Assembly: GCA_039811405.1 (NCBI GenBank)
Contig: JBDHYM010000001.1
Coordinates: 6,414 to 70,413, forward strand
Direction of reading: 5' to 3'
Source: Flavihumibacter sp.
Lineage (GTDB): Bacteria > Bacteroidota > Bacteroidia > Chitinophagales > Chitinophagaceae
Length of the DNA: 64,000 bases
The position numbers and the translations under genes were made by a program. Of the stretch, positions 11,002-21,500 are shown piece after piece. Numbering within the stretch: the first letter of the stretch is position 1; the number at the start of each line of letters is the position of its first letter. The notes under the pieces are model-generated. The model did no database searches and was not told the DNA's origin. It worked only from the letters and a program-made list of their open reading frames with translations.

Positions 11002-12780
11002 TTACTGGTATTTCGGAACCGCTTCGTCCCAGTGCAATCGGGTAGTAAAACCGGTCGACACATAGTCGGATGCATCGAAATACAATCCGGATGCCACCCC
11101 CGTACCCGTTTTTACCGGCATGGCTCCCGCTTTGATGGTTGCCTTGCTCCCGCTGTTTGAGAACCGTATAGGGATAACAGTATTGTGGAATCCCTGCATC
11201 TCGATATCCTCCCATACATCGTTATCAGTGCTTCCGCCGCGGCAGTCTACGTATCTGCGATGAGACCTGAGCGCATTTCTGGCAATGAACTGCAGTTTTA
11301 CATCAAAGCCATCGGGCCGGTTTACCACCCGGCCGCTAAAACCGCCGGGGTCGGTATATTTACTTCGCGGCAGTTCCAGGCCATGAATGGCATCCCAGGT
11401 CACCGTATAGTCGCCGCAACCGTCGTCGGTAACATGGCTGGTAAAGCCTCCCGACGGCATTTCAATAAGACCCCGGCTGTTCATATGCAAATCGGTTTCA
11501 CTGACCATGCTTACCTGTCCCTCGCCGGGGGCTCCTCCGGCATCACCGCGAAAGTGGAGGATGAAAAGAATTTTCCTGGTAAGCGCCCCATCGGGACTTT
11601 CCACTTTGTCGTAGTACATATTCAGCACCCAATCGTTAAGTAATTTGCCGGCAGACTTCTTTTCTGCAGTTACTTCCACCATACCTGAAGAATATAAGCC
11701 CGAAGCAGGAATATCGCAGGCAATCTTTTGGGATGTCCAGACGGCTACCGGCATGACGCCACCGTTCACCTTAACCGAGCGCTTATTCTGCCCGGGGTCA
11801 TCGCCGAAATTGCCGTAAATCCAGAGACGGCTGGGGTAATCTAATCCGCCTGCGTTCATATCCGTTTCATCAACCTGCAAATAATCGATATGGAACTGCC
11901 GACTGATCGTAATATTCGACACCAGCAGGAACTGCCCTTTCCCCTTTGTCTTCACAGCTACACTCACGGCTTCAGGGTTATTGCGGGGTATCGAACCCGG
12001 CGCCTGGTAATATGCCTGATTCCCGTCGGCTTCCAAAGAGCCTTCACCTGAATAATTCCAATTACCCAACTGCCGGGGTGAAACCATGAATGGCTCGTTC
12101 ACAGCATCGCCTTTACTAATGGGAACAGGATCTATATCAGGCGCAGACGCAGGGATTACTCCCATCACTTTTAAGGTGATCTTTGCACCCGGCTGAACAA
12201 GCGCTTCATTGGGCTGGATATATAAGTAGGAAATAACGCCCCAGTCGCTGAAATGGGTTGTGGTAGTCGCAAGGGTATGATTCACTTTGTTAAGCGATGA
12301 TTCGCCGGCGGAAAACCATTTTCCGCTTTGGTCCTGGTAAGCAAGGCCAAGTAACTCAGGCAAGGTATTTTTTATACTGTCTTCGTTGTATCGCAGGGTG
12401 ATGGTCACCGGCTGCTGAAACGAAATATCGTGCGGGGTCAGCCTGTAGACCCTGCTGTATCCACTCCACAGTTTCCTGGTAACAGGCTGCACTGTAATGG
12501 CCTGGTCGCCGTTAAGTGCACCGGCCGGTATGGTAACGCTGATATTGCCGTCGGCGCTGGTGATAGCGCCGCCATTGACGCCGATTGTTTTGGTAATGGC
12601 GGTCCCTTCGGGAGCGCCCAACGAAGTAACAAGCGGCACCGTTGCAGCATCCGGCAAAACGCGATCGGTTTTGGTGCATGATAAGGCCGGCAGCAGGAAT
12701 AAAAGCCAGCAAACCCATTTTTTCAGGCCAAAGCCGGCCGTTGCAATTATATCCTGGTTATTGGGGTGAACCCTGTACAT
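11002..12780 (-). CDS. Lipoprotein with ZU5-like N-terminal domain and Ig/IPT-like domains
   Basis: Lipobox ALSC; IGVNGGAITSADG..VTIPAGAL..ITVQ..F.QPVTITL..TTHFSDW resembles bacterial ZU5-like domains; WT..KIACDIP..SG.VEV is IPT-like. True start may lie slightly downstream. Confidence 0.65.
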   Translation of the reverse strand: MYRVHPNNQDIIATAGFGLKKWVCWLLFLLPALSCTKTDRVLPDAATVPLVTSLGAPEGTAITKTIGVNGGAITSADGNISVTIPAGALNGDQAITVQPVTRKLWSGYSRVYRLTPHDISFQQPVTITLRYNEDSIKNTLPELLGLAYQDQSGKWFSAGESSLNKVNHTLATTTTHFSDWGVISYLYIQPNEALVQPGAKITLKVMGVIPASAPDIDPVPISKGDAVNEPFMVSPRQLGNWNYSGEGSLEADGNQAYYQAPGSIPRNNPEAVSVAVKTKGKGQFLLVSNITISRQFHIDYLQVDETDMNAGGLDYPSRLWIYGNFGDDPGQNKRSVKVNGGVMPVAVWTSQKIACDIPASGLYSSGMVEVTAEKKSAGKLLNDWVLNMYYDKVESPDGALTRKILFILHFRGDAGGAPGEGQVSMVSETDLHMNSRGLIEMPSGGFTSHVTDDGCGDYTVTWDAIHGLELPRSKYTDPGGFSGRVVNRPDGFDVKLQFIARNALRSHRRYVDCRGGSTDNDVWEDIEMQGFHNTVIPIRFSNSGSKATIKAGAMPVKTGTGVASGLYFDASDYVSTGFTTRLHWDEAVPKYQ

Positions 12781-12976
12781 AAAATGTTGAGCTTTTATTT
12801 TTTATAAAAAGATTTTGCTTCCCCGTAACAGGCATTCCGGTAACAGGCTGCCCGTATAACTTATTCTCATTGCAAAAGAACATTCATGGTAAGCCGAAAA
12901 AAGGGATAGTTTATACCGCTAACAGGTTATTTTACGACAAGGAGCAGCCGGCGCTTCCATTATGTAAGCAGAAACG

Positions 12977-12999
12977 AAAAAGCCCCGAGGTATCGGGGC
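12977..12999 (-). terminator. Intrinsic terminator-like hairpin (minus strand)
   Basis: GCCCCGA-N4-TCGGGGC stem followed by TTTTT on the minus strand. Confidence 0.5.
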
Positions 13000-13097
13000 A
13001 CCAAGTGCAGGCTGGTCTTTTCGATATTGGGAAAAACCAGTGCCCCCTGCAACAGTATTCCGGCTTATCTTGTCGTATTACGAATAACCACCCGACC

Positions 13098-13733
13098 ATG
13101 TGCAGACCCCTGCTGCTCTTTTTGCTGTTTGCGCCCTGCTTCTGTACCGCCCAATTTTACCTGGGGCCGCTTGCGGGTTACCAGCACTTGTTCAGTCCTA
13201 TTGAAAAGCATGCGCTGAATACAGGCCTGCAGGCCGCTTATTCCCTGGAAAAAGTTGAGTTCCTCCTCGAACTGCAAAAGAGCTGGCCGGGCGGGGGAAA
13301 GACAAACGATTCGGCTTTCACGCTGAACAGCAGCGAGCCCACCTATATTTCTGTCGACAAACAACTTAATACAGATATTTTCTCCGTCGGTCTTGGCGTG
13401 CGGGTGTGGATTGCAAGCCTCGGGCCGAAAGACAGGTTAAACCTGAGGGGTCACCTGGCAGCGCAATTCCAGCGAACAAAGGTCTCCTACGACAAAAGAC
13501 CCGACGGGTATGTGTTGCTCAATCCCGATAAAACAATGACCGTAAGCGGTCCGTCGATAGGCGCCGGCGCCGAATACATGCACTTGTTCAACAATGGTCG
13601 GCTTTTTGCTGAACTGTCCTTCTATTCTCCGCCCTGGGGCAAGTACGACGGCTACCCGGTATCGTTCTATCCCCTCACCTCTATGTCGGTCAATATCGGC
13701 TACTCATTCCTTTTGTCAAATAGTAAGCAATGA
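13098..13733 (+). CDS. Outer-membrane beta-barrel-like hypothetical protein
   Basis: Start reassigned to ATG 13098 (MCRPLLLFLLFAPCFCTAQ signal); alternating beta-strand pattern, C-terminal VNIGYSF. Confidence 0.65.
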   Translation: MCRPLLLFLLFAPCFCTAQFYLGPLAGYQHLFSPIEKHALNTGLQAAYSLEKVEFLLELQKSWPGGGKTNDSAFTLNSSEPTYISVDKQLNTDIFSVGLGVRVWIASLGPKDRLNLRGHLAAQFQRTKVSYDKRPDGYVLLNPDKTMTVSGPSIGAGAEYMHLFNNGRLFAELSFYSPPWGKYDGYPVSFYPLTSMSVNIGYSFLLSNSKQ

Positions 13734-14344
13734 AACCAGCTAAACGGAAACATATATACCTGTTATTGCTACCAGTCTTGCTGCTGGTTACAGGCTGCGG
13801 AAAACAGAGTTATTATTATCCCGAAGAAGATGGCGGCGGACTATCCATTTTTTCGAACAAGGGTTTTAACGTATTCACCTGCCTGCTAGATGGCCGCGGC
13901 TGGAAAACAGTCGACCGCGATTATGGCCGGCGCGGGTCCGGTTCTGAATTCGATATAAAGAAACAATTCCCCGGCGGTGACTATGAGCAATTGGTGCTGA
14001 CCTGGACAGGCGGATATATGAACGACCCGAACCAATATGAATCCATCCGGCTGGTACTTAGCCTGCCTGCAGGGTTCGGCATGATGGAAGTAAATGCCCT
14101 GTCTGGGAAACGGATCGCACTGGATGGTGTAAACAGCTATATCAGCTATGAAGCCCCGAGCGGCGCGCCGTCGGTGCAGGGGCCCGGGACAGTTTTTTTT
14201 CAAACAATGGCCGTCAGTCAGCAACTTAGCGACGGCAATTATACCCTGAAAACAGCCGGCCTGCTGGAAGCGAGCCTGGACAGCCTGCAATTGACTTCGG
14301 GACGGTTTGATCACAAGTACAGCACCGGAACACCGCCCTTTTAA
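13730..14344 (+). CDS. Hypothetical lipoprotein
   Basis: Lipobox VTGC; ATGA overlap with upstream gene; ends ..SGRFD. Confidence 0.7.
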   Translation: MKPAKRKHIYLLLLPVLLLVTGCGKQSYYYPEEDGGGLSIFSNKGFNVFTCLLDGRGWKTVDRDYGRRGSGSEFDIKKQFPGGDYEQLVLTWTGGYMNDPNQYESIRLVLSLPAGFGMMEVNALSGKRIALDGVNSYISYEAPSGAPSVQGPGTVFFQTMAVSQQLSDGNYTLKTAGLLEASLDSLQLTSGRFDHKYSTGTPPF

Positions 14345-14373
14345 GTTGCTAACCGTCACCAATAACCGCAAAT

Positions 14374-14399
14374 AAAAACCGCCCCCTGGGGGAGCGGTT
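14374..14399 (-). terminator. Intrinsic terminator of htrA-DUF4136 transcript
   Basis: Minus strand AACCGCTCC-cccag-GGGGCGGTT (one G-U pair) followed by TTTATTT, just past the stop at 14418. Confidence 0.65.
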
Positions 14400-14417
14400 C
14401 ATCAGAACAACCAAACC

Positions 14418-15002
14418 TTAACCCTGCACAGCCGGGTAATCGAATTTTTTGAAGATCGATTTTACCTGTGCCTCGGCTTCTTTGGAGCTGATCTGGCGGC
14501 GATTGATCTCACCTTCGGCCCAACCGGTCCAAACAAGTTTATTCGTTTTTGCGTCGATCATATTAACGGTCAGCTGACCTTCATGAAACGGCACGTTGTA
14601 CGAATTATAGCCCATCAGCATCGACGGATACCACATGCTGTAAATGCCCCTGCGGGTATATATATAGCGGGTGTACGGATAGCTGTACATGGGATTGGAT
14701 TCTCTCTTCTGCCCTACCTGCACCGCTATGTTATAGTCGAGCAGGATATCGGGATGGTCGGCCGATTCGCGCCATCCTTTTTTCTGCAATTGCTGATCGA
14801 TGGCATTTTTGATATTGTCGTCAACAATATCATTACTGCCTTTTTTTGCAGTGACATTGGTGTCGCCGGCCCAGGCAAATGTTTTATACCTGCTGAAGTC
14901 GGCGCCTTTGGCGGTTTCCGTATGACTGCTGACGCTGCAACCGGCAAGCGCCAGGGTAGCGGCGAGCGCCAGCCCGCCTACCACGCCGGTTATCTTTTTC
15001 AT
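14418..15002 (-). CDS. DUF4136 family lipoprotein
   Basis: Lipobox LAGC; DFSRYKTFAW; EGQLTVNMIDAKTNKLVWTG. Confidence 0.88.
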   Translation of the reverse strand: MKKITGVVGGLALAATLALAGCSVSSHTETAKGADFSRYKTFAWAGDTNVTAKKGSNDIVDDNIKNAIDQQLQKKGWRESADHPDILLDYNIAVQVGQKRESNPMYSYPYTRYIYTRRGIYSMWYPSMLMGYNSYNVPFHEGQLTVNMIDAKTNKLVWTGWAEGEINRRQISSKEAEAQVKSIFKKFDYPAVQG

Positions 15003-15005
15003 GAT

Positions 15006-16496
15006 TTATTTTTTAAAGTCGTTAATGCCGTAAAAATATATCTCATCGCTGCCGGGATAAACTCCCTGCAACTGGAAATTGCTGCCCTGTTTGCCGATCG
15101 CGTCGCGTAGCTCTTCCACATTGCGTACACGCGTATCGCTCACTTTGGTGATTACAAACCCTTCGCGCATATTGGTCTGGTTCGACAGGATACCGTCACG
15201 TATTTCGGTCACCTGTACACCACCGTCGATCTGCAGCCGGGCAGCGTCTTCCTTGCTAAGGCTGTTGAAGCTGGCGCCAAGTGATTCCAGGGCGGCGGCT
15301 TTCTGGCTCGCGAAAGAACCCATCTTGCCTTTCAGTACAACGTCGACGGTTTTTTCGTCTTTACCGCGCAGCAGGGTCACCGTAATCTTATCGCCGGGCT
15401 TCTGCCGGGCCACCTGCTCAGACAATTGCGCAGTGCTGTTCACTGCGATGCCATTGATTTTGGTAATGGCATCTCCTTTGCGGATACCGGCGGCGGCAGC
15501 GGCTCCCTGCGGGTCTGTTTCGGCCACCCACACACCGTCTATATCATCATTGATGCCCAGGTCTTTTTTCTGCTTGTCGTCGAGCTCGTCGGGGGCCATG
15601 CTGATGCCCAGGTAACCCCGTTGCACACTGCCGTATTTCATGATATCACCGATCACTTTTTTCATCAGGTTCGACGGAATCGAATACGCATAGCCTGCAT
15701 AGGCGCCTGTAGGCGAAGCGATGGCGGCATTGATACCCACCAGCTCTCCGCTGGTATTCACCAGCGCACCGCCACTGCTGCCGGGGTTAACGGCTGCATC
15801 AGTTTGAATAAATGCTTCCACCGGGGCGCTGCCCTGCCGGTTGATGCCGATGTTACGGCTCTTGGCGCTGACGATGCCCTGGGTAACGGTCACATCGAGG
15901 TTCAGCGGGTAGCCAATGGCAAGCACCCATTGTCCCAGGCGCACGTCGTCAGAATTTCCTACAGGCATAACGGGCAGGTTTTTGGCATCGATCCTGATCA
16001 ATGCCAGGTCGGTATTCGCATCGGTGCCCACCAGCTTTGCCTTGTACGATTTGCGGTCATTCAGGGTCACGGAAATTTCATTGGCGCCATCAACCACGTG
16101 GTTATTGGTAACAATATAACCGTCGCTGCTGATGATTACGCCCGAGCCGGAGGCTTTCTGATCGGGTTGGGAAAACGAACGGCCATCGCCCCCGAAAAAG
16201 CGGCGGAAGATGTCATCACCTCCGAAGAAATCGTCGGGTGATGGTTGCTGGGTGCGCCCTGTTTTCTTAAAAGTAGTTACCGTTTTAATGTGCACCACCG
16301 AAGGCACGGCCGCGGTGGCTGCCTTTTCAAAATCGACGGGACCACCCGCTGTTTCGGTATAACCCGTTTTCAGCACCGGCATTTTTTCTGCCTGCAATAC
16401 ACTGTTAACGGTGGTATCCCTTTTACTGTACGCATAACCGCCCGCTGCTGAAATGGAGCAGAAAGCGAGAACGGTTAACCAGGTTTTTGTGTTCAT
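15006..16496 (-). CDS. htrA: HtrA/DegP (Do family) periplasmic serine protease with two PDZ domains
   Basis: SGSGVII, TNNHVV (His), TDLALI (Asp), QTDAAVNPGSSGG (Ser), RGYLG PDZ. Confidence 0.95.
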   Translation of the reverse strand: MNTKTWLTVLAFCSISAAGGYAYSKRDTTVNSVLQAEKMPVLKTGYTETAGGPVDFEKAATAAVPSVVHIKTVTTFKKTGRTQQPSPDDFFGGDDIFRRFFGGDGRSFSQPDQKASGSGVIISSDGYIVTNNHVVDGANEISVTLNDRKSYKAKLVGTDANTDLALIRIDAKNLPVMPVGNSDDVRLGQWVLAIGYPLNLDVTVTQGIVSAKSRNIGINRQGSAPVEAFIQTDAAVNPGSSGGALVNTSGELVGINAAIASPTGAYAGYAYSIPSNLMKKVIGDIMKYGSVQRGYLGISMAPDELDDKQKKDLGINDDIDGVWVAETDPQGAAAAAGIRKGDAITKINGIAVNSTAQLSEQVARQKPGDKITVTLLRGKDEKTVDVVLKGKMGSFASQKAAALESLGASFNSLSKEDAARLQIDGGVQVTEIRDGILSNQTNMREGFVITKVSDTRVRNVEELRDAIGKQGSNFQLQGVYPGSDEIYFYGINDFKK

Positions 16497-16552
16497 TGTC
16501 TATTCAGTTTGATTTTTCCAATTGTTTTCAGCATTAAAATTGGAAATACAAC

Positions 16553-16570
16553 CTGAAGAGATTCTAAAGA
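16553..16570 (-). promoter_or_regulatory. Candidate OmpR-family response-regulator box upstream of htrA
   Basis: CTGAAGA-gatt-CTAAAGA direct repeat (11-bp period); near-identical copy at 18551-18568. Confidence 0.6.
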
Positions 16571-16576
16571 AATGAA

Positions 16577-17848
16577 CTACCGGTTGTTAAAATGGATTGA
16601 AAAACGGTGTAGCCCGTTAATAAAATCATAATGGATATCGTAGTGGTAGATGGCCGCGATCTTGCGCACGATCTCCAGTCCGAGACCGGTGCTGTTGCTG
16701 TCGTTGCTTTGCTTCTGGAAACGCTGGAATATCTTGTCGGCCGGCAGGGCGCTGTCCGACCCTGTATTACTGATGGCCAGCCAGCCCGTGCCGGTATCGA
16801 TCTCGATGCTGCCACCCTTGTGGTTATGACGGATGGCATTGCCCAGCAGGTTGCTCACCAGCATTTCTATCAGCGCCTTATCGGCCCGCAGGATATTGTC
16901 GGCAGCCAGCGACGATATTATGCCGATGCTTTTTTCTTCCATTTGCAGGCGGTACTCGCCGAGGAAATGACGCAGCACGCTGTTTAACGAAATGTCTTCA
17001 ATAAGATCGTACTGGTTATTATCTATCCGGGTAAGCACCACCAGGCTCCGGTTGAGGCGCGCCATGCGCTGGGAGGCATCTGCAAGTCCGCCGATCAGCA
17101 GGGCCTGCTCTTCTGTCAGCGGGTTGGTCTGCATTAGCAGCTCCAGTTTGCCCTGCATTACCGCCAGGGGTGATTGCATTTCGTGCGATGCGTTTTCGGT
17201 AAATTCTTTCTGCGCGGCAAAGCTTTTCTCATTTCGCTCCACCAGCTCGCACAGGGAGGCATTGAGCTCATTGAACTCCTGCACCGAGCTGGTGGGCAGC
17301 GAAAGCGCCCCGGATTTCTCCAGGTTATAGCCCCTGAGCTGCTGCAGGGCCTGGTAAAAAGGTTTCCAAATGGTCTTGGACAATTGCCGGTTGATCAGCA
17401 ACAGACCAACAAGCAACAGTGCCAGCAGCAGCAATTCGATCAGCACAATGCTCGTGATCAGCTTGTAACGGTTCGGCAGCGGATTGCTTACCTGCAATAC
17501 CACCGGAACACCGTTAACGGTGAAGCCGCTTTGCAGCACACGGCAGGGTATCTTCGTTTGCGCATGCGGATCATATATATCCTGCGTTTCAATTTTGGTG
17601 AAATCGCTGCGTACCGACAAAAAGCGAAGGGTGATATTCTGATCGAGGAAATGAATTTCGGCAGGTGCGTTCCGAACCAGGGCATCACTGATGCGGGGCT
17701 TCAGTATCTCGCGCGTGGCAAGCAGGTCGTTATCGACCGCTTTTAATACCAGGTTGTGCACCAGGAAATAAAACAGGGGGATACCCGCCAGCAATACCAG
17801 TACCGAATATAATATATACGATCTTATGGTTTTCTGCAGCAGCTTCAT
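16577..17848 (-). CDS. Sensor histidine kinase
   Basis: Two TM helices, H-box ENASHEMQSP, N-box NLLGNAIRH, G2 TGLGL. Confidence 0.95.
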   Translation of the reverse strand: MKLLQKTIRSYILYSVLVLLAGIPLFYFLVHNLVLKAVDNDLLATREILKPRISDALVRNAPAEIHFLDQNITLRFLSVRSDFTKIETQDIYDPHAQTKIPCRVLQSGFTVNGVPVVLQVSNPLPNRYKLITSIVLIELLLLALLLVGLLLINRQLSKTIWKPFYQALQQLRGYNLEKSGALSLPTSSVQEFNELNASLCELVERNEKSFAAQKEFTENASHEMQSPLAVMQGKLELLMQTNPLTEEQALLIGGLADASQRMARLNRSLVVLTRIDNNQYDLIEDISLNSVLRHFLGEYRLQMEEKSIGIISSLAADNILRADKALIEMLVSNLLGNAIRHNHKGGSIEIDTGTGWLAISNTGSDSALPADKIFQRFQKQSNDSNSTGLGLEIVRKIAAIYHYDIHYDFINGLHRFSIHFNNR

Positions 17849-18525
17849 CCCATGGTCAGTTTATAACCCATGCCATAAATGGATTTGATATAATCGTCGG
17901 CGCCCGCCGAAGCCAGCTTTTTTTTCAGGTTCTTCATATGCACGTAAATAAAATCAAAGCTGTCGTACAGCGCGGCGCCGTCGCCGGAAATCGCCTCGGC
18001 AATGGCATTTTTGGAAATAACCCGGTTCTTGTTGTTCAAAAGATATACCAGCAACTGGTATTCCGTTTTGGTCAGATCGACAGGCTTGTTGTTCACCATG
18101 GCTGTTTTCGCCGGCAGGTCAACCGAGATCTCCTCAAACTGCAGCAGGTTATTTCCCTGGAATTGTTTACGTCGTATGATGGCGGCGATGCGGGCGCCCA
18201 GCTCCGACAGGTGAAAGGGTTTGGGCAGGTAGTCATCGGCGCCGAGCGTCAGCCCGTTGATCTTGTCATCAATGGAGTCTCGCGCCGATATAATGATCAC
18301 GCCATCGGTTTTCCGGTCGGCCTTCAACTGCTTCAGCAACTGGATGCCGTCTCCGCCGGGCAGCGACAGGTCAAGCAGAATGCAGTCATAATCATTCATC
18401 GCCAGCAGTTCACTGCCTTCTCTGTAGGTGAAAGCGGCATCGCAGTGGTAGTGCCCGCGCCCGAGATAAGTGGCAATGCTGTTGGATAGTTCCTTTTCGT
18501 CTTCTATGATGAGTATCCGCATCAT
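17845..18525 (-). CDS. OmpR-family response regulator
   Basis: ILIIEDE, LLDLSLP, GADDYLPKPF, winged helix ending IYGMGYK; overlaps kinase start. Confidence 0.95.
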   Translation of the reverse strand: MMRILIIEDEKELSNSIATYLGRGHYHCDAAFTYREGSELLAMNDYDCILLDLSLPGGDGIQLLKQLKADRKTDGVIIISARDSIDDKINGLTLGADDYLPKPFHLSELGARIAAIIRRKQFQGNNLLQFEEISVDLPAKTAMVNNKPVDLTKTEYQLLVYLLNNKNRVISKNAIAEAISGDGAALYDSFDFIYVHMKNLKKKLASAGADDYIKSIYGMGYKLTMG

Positions 18526-18550
18526 TGGTACGGTAAGTTAGGAAAGGATT

Positions 18551-18568
18551 CTGAAGATAATCTAAAGA
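18551..18568 (-). promoter_or_regulatory. Candidate autoregulatory box upstream of response regulator
   Basis: CTGAAGA-taat-CTAAAGA, 16/18 identical to the htrA upstream copy. Confidence 0.6.
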
Positions 18569-21500
18569 TGGGGCAATGCCACATTCTTCACATTTCCCGT
18601 ACGGGTTAAAACGCCCCAGCCCTGCCCTTCTCCCTTAATGGCTTTACGAAGCGACCTGAACAAGGTATAATACATCAACTGGCGGTACACAAATCGCTGG
18701 GGTATCAGCCAGACGAGCTTGTACATTCTCTCCTTTTCGAAAGAAAAGGCCAGCACGCTCACGAATACATCCACCAGCAGGAAGAGGCCGTAGAACAACG
18801 CTATCTTATGCATGCTCTGCGGATCGTGCCGGTTCCAGACCAGGCTCACAACCAGCATAAGATCAGCCAGGGGCGCCAGCAGGGGCAACAACAACTGGAA
18901 CAGGAATATATTGGGAAGCGCCAGCATGCCCAAAGCACCGTAGCGGGGATTGAAACAGGCATCTTTGTTTTTCCAGAAAGCCTGCATGATGCCGTAGCTC
19001 CAGCGGAAGCGTTGCCGCAGAAACTGCGACAGGGTCTCGGGCGCTTCGGTAACGGCAACGGCTTCATTGCAATTGACAATGCGATATCCGTTGCGCAGCA
19101 GGCGGATGGTGAGGTCGCAGTCTTCGGCAAGAGTATCGGTGGTAAAACAGCCGGCATTCACCACGGCCTGTTTTTGGAAAGCACCTATGGCGCCGGGCAC
19201 CACCGTAATGCCATTTACCAGGTCGAAGGCGCGGCGATCGAAGTTCTGCGCCGTAGTATATTCAATGCTTTGCCAGCGGGTGATCAGGTTGCGTTCATTA
19301 CCCACTTTCACATTGCCGGCTACTGCCCCAACGGGTTTTTCGGCAGGCCGGAAGAAACAGGTGATCAGTTGCCGCACCGCATCGTGCCTGAGCTGGGTAT
19401 CTGCGTCTATACATACCAGGTAGTCGCCCTTACTCTTCGTTATACCCAGGTTAAGGGCCGATGCCTTACCTCCGTTGGGTTTGGTGAGCACCTGCACGCG
19501 CGGGTCGTGACCGAAAGCGGTGCGCACCCGTGCGTAAGTGTCGTCTGCCGAACCATCATCGACAAATACAATTTCCAGGTTCGGATAATCCTGCTGCAAC
19601 AAGGCACGCACGGTATTTACGGCATTCAGCGATTCGTTGTAAGCCGGCACCAGTATGCTTACCAGCGGCAGGGTGGCGGGCAATGCCGCAGGGGCCTTTT
19701 TACGGTTTCGCTGGATAAGGGCCATAATGCCCAGCAAGAGTATTCGCGCCAGCCCCAGCACAATGGCGGTCCAGAAGGCGCCCGTGAGGAACAACTGTGT
19801 CCAGTACCAGAAACGAACAAGCCCGATATTCAACGGCACCCATTGCTTCGGTGCGGGCGGCATAATGGCGGCTTTATCGGTATGCAGCAGGTTAGCCACC
19901 GTGGTAAACCCGATGTGCCTGCTTTTGAAATATGCAATGATGCGGGGCAGCGCCTGCACCGTGGCTTCGCGGTTACCGCCGGCGTCGTGCAGCAGAATGA
20001 TCCCTTTGGCGGGGTTGGCTTCATATTGGTCGACCACTCGTTTATAAATGGAATCGGCGGTTACGCCCGTCTCCCAGTCGTTGGGATCAATACTTTCCCC
20101 CACGGTATAATAGTTCTTCTGCCGGCTGATGGCAATGGGCTTCAGCTCCACTTCACTGGTGGGTTCGGAATCAGCATTATACGGCGCGCGGAACAGCACG
20201 GTGCTGTGACCGGTCACCGCTTCGATCAGCAGCCGGGTGGTCTCCATTTCATTGATGGCCCGTTCCGTGCCGATGGCGGCAATATTGGGATGGGTGAAAG
20301 TATGATTGCCGATCTCATGTCCTTCCTGGTAAATACGTTTGAGCAGGGGCAGGTTCTTTTCCGCCTCCAGTCCGACCACAAAAAATACGGCAGGCACTTT
20401 TTCTCTCCGGAGAATGTCAAGGATCTTTGGCGTATAATCCGCATCGGGTCCGTCGTCGAAGCTCAATATCACCTGGTTGTTTACATTGCCGTATTTGCGT
20501 ATCACATACCGGGTGGGTAACTGAAGATATTGCTCCTCGGCGATGAGCTGCTCGGTGCTGTCCACCTCAATATGCAGCAAACCGGGTTGCGGCGCCGTGA
20601 TCACATTCAGCACTTCACCGTCGCCGATATAGTCGGGTGTTTGTACCGGCGTTTGCACTTTTTCCAGCCGGGCCATAGAAAAAGGATGTGCCTGCAGGCT
20701 GTCGTTGCCCAGGTTGCGGCTGTAGAATTTCCACAAGCGTTCATCTTCGCTGCCGAGGCGCCAAAGAGCTGTACCGGCCACCCCGTATTCATCGGCAAAC
20801 CGCAGGGTATTGAAATTACCGGCGGCATCATTGAAGAATACCTGGTGCTGCCTTCCGTCACCGTCACTGTACCGGTAACTGTTGGAATAAGTGTGGTTGT
20901 CGAAATGGATCGTGGCTTTGTATTGCGCCGCATTGGCAAGCGCCTGCTGGTAAGTAACGGTAGTGGCTTCGGCGCCGTCAGACCAGTCGTATCCGTATCC
21001 CGCCACGCCCAGGATGATCTTGTCTGAGGGAATATCTGCCGCCGCTTCATCGAGCATTTTTTCGATCCACTGCTGGCTGCCCACCGCACCGGGGGTGCTG
21101 GTACTGAAATGTTCATCATAGGCCATCAGCACCATATAATCATTGCAGGCCGACAGCCGCTTATAGTTAAAGTCGCTGTTGCCGGCCATCACATCCTGCG
21201 TAACCAGCAGCCCCTTTGCGTGGAATTTTTGAAACAGCTCGTGCTGGAAGGCAATCAGCGGTTCGTCGCTTTGTTCTTTGAGCTCTTCAAAGTCGATGTT
21301 GATTCCCTGGAAATGATAGCGCTCCATCGCGTTCAGCAAATCGTTGATAAACCTTTCTTTTTTTGCCGGGTTGTGCAGCAGCCGGTGCAGCATATTTCCA
21401 TCGAAAGTTCCTTCGCCCAGCGCATCGTTGACATTGCTCACCATCGGCAGTACCCGTATTTTGGCAGACCGCATCACGGCGAGCGCGCTGCTGTCGACCT

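Noticed and set aside
18808-20520. 570-aa plus-strand ORF
   Set aside because: Antisense shadow of the GH18-CE4-GT2 gene with no motifs; the same applies to other long shadows such as 8004-8888, 15426-16241, 36998-38014, 41170-42000 and 62511-63329.
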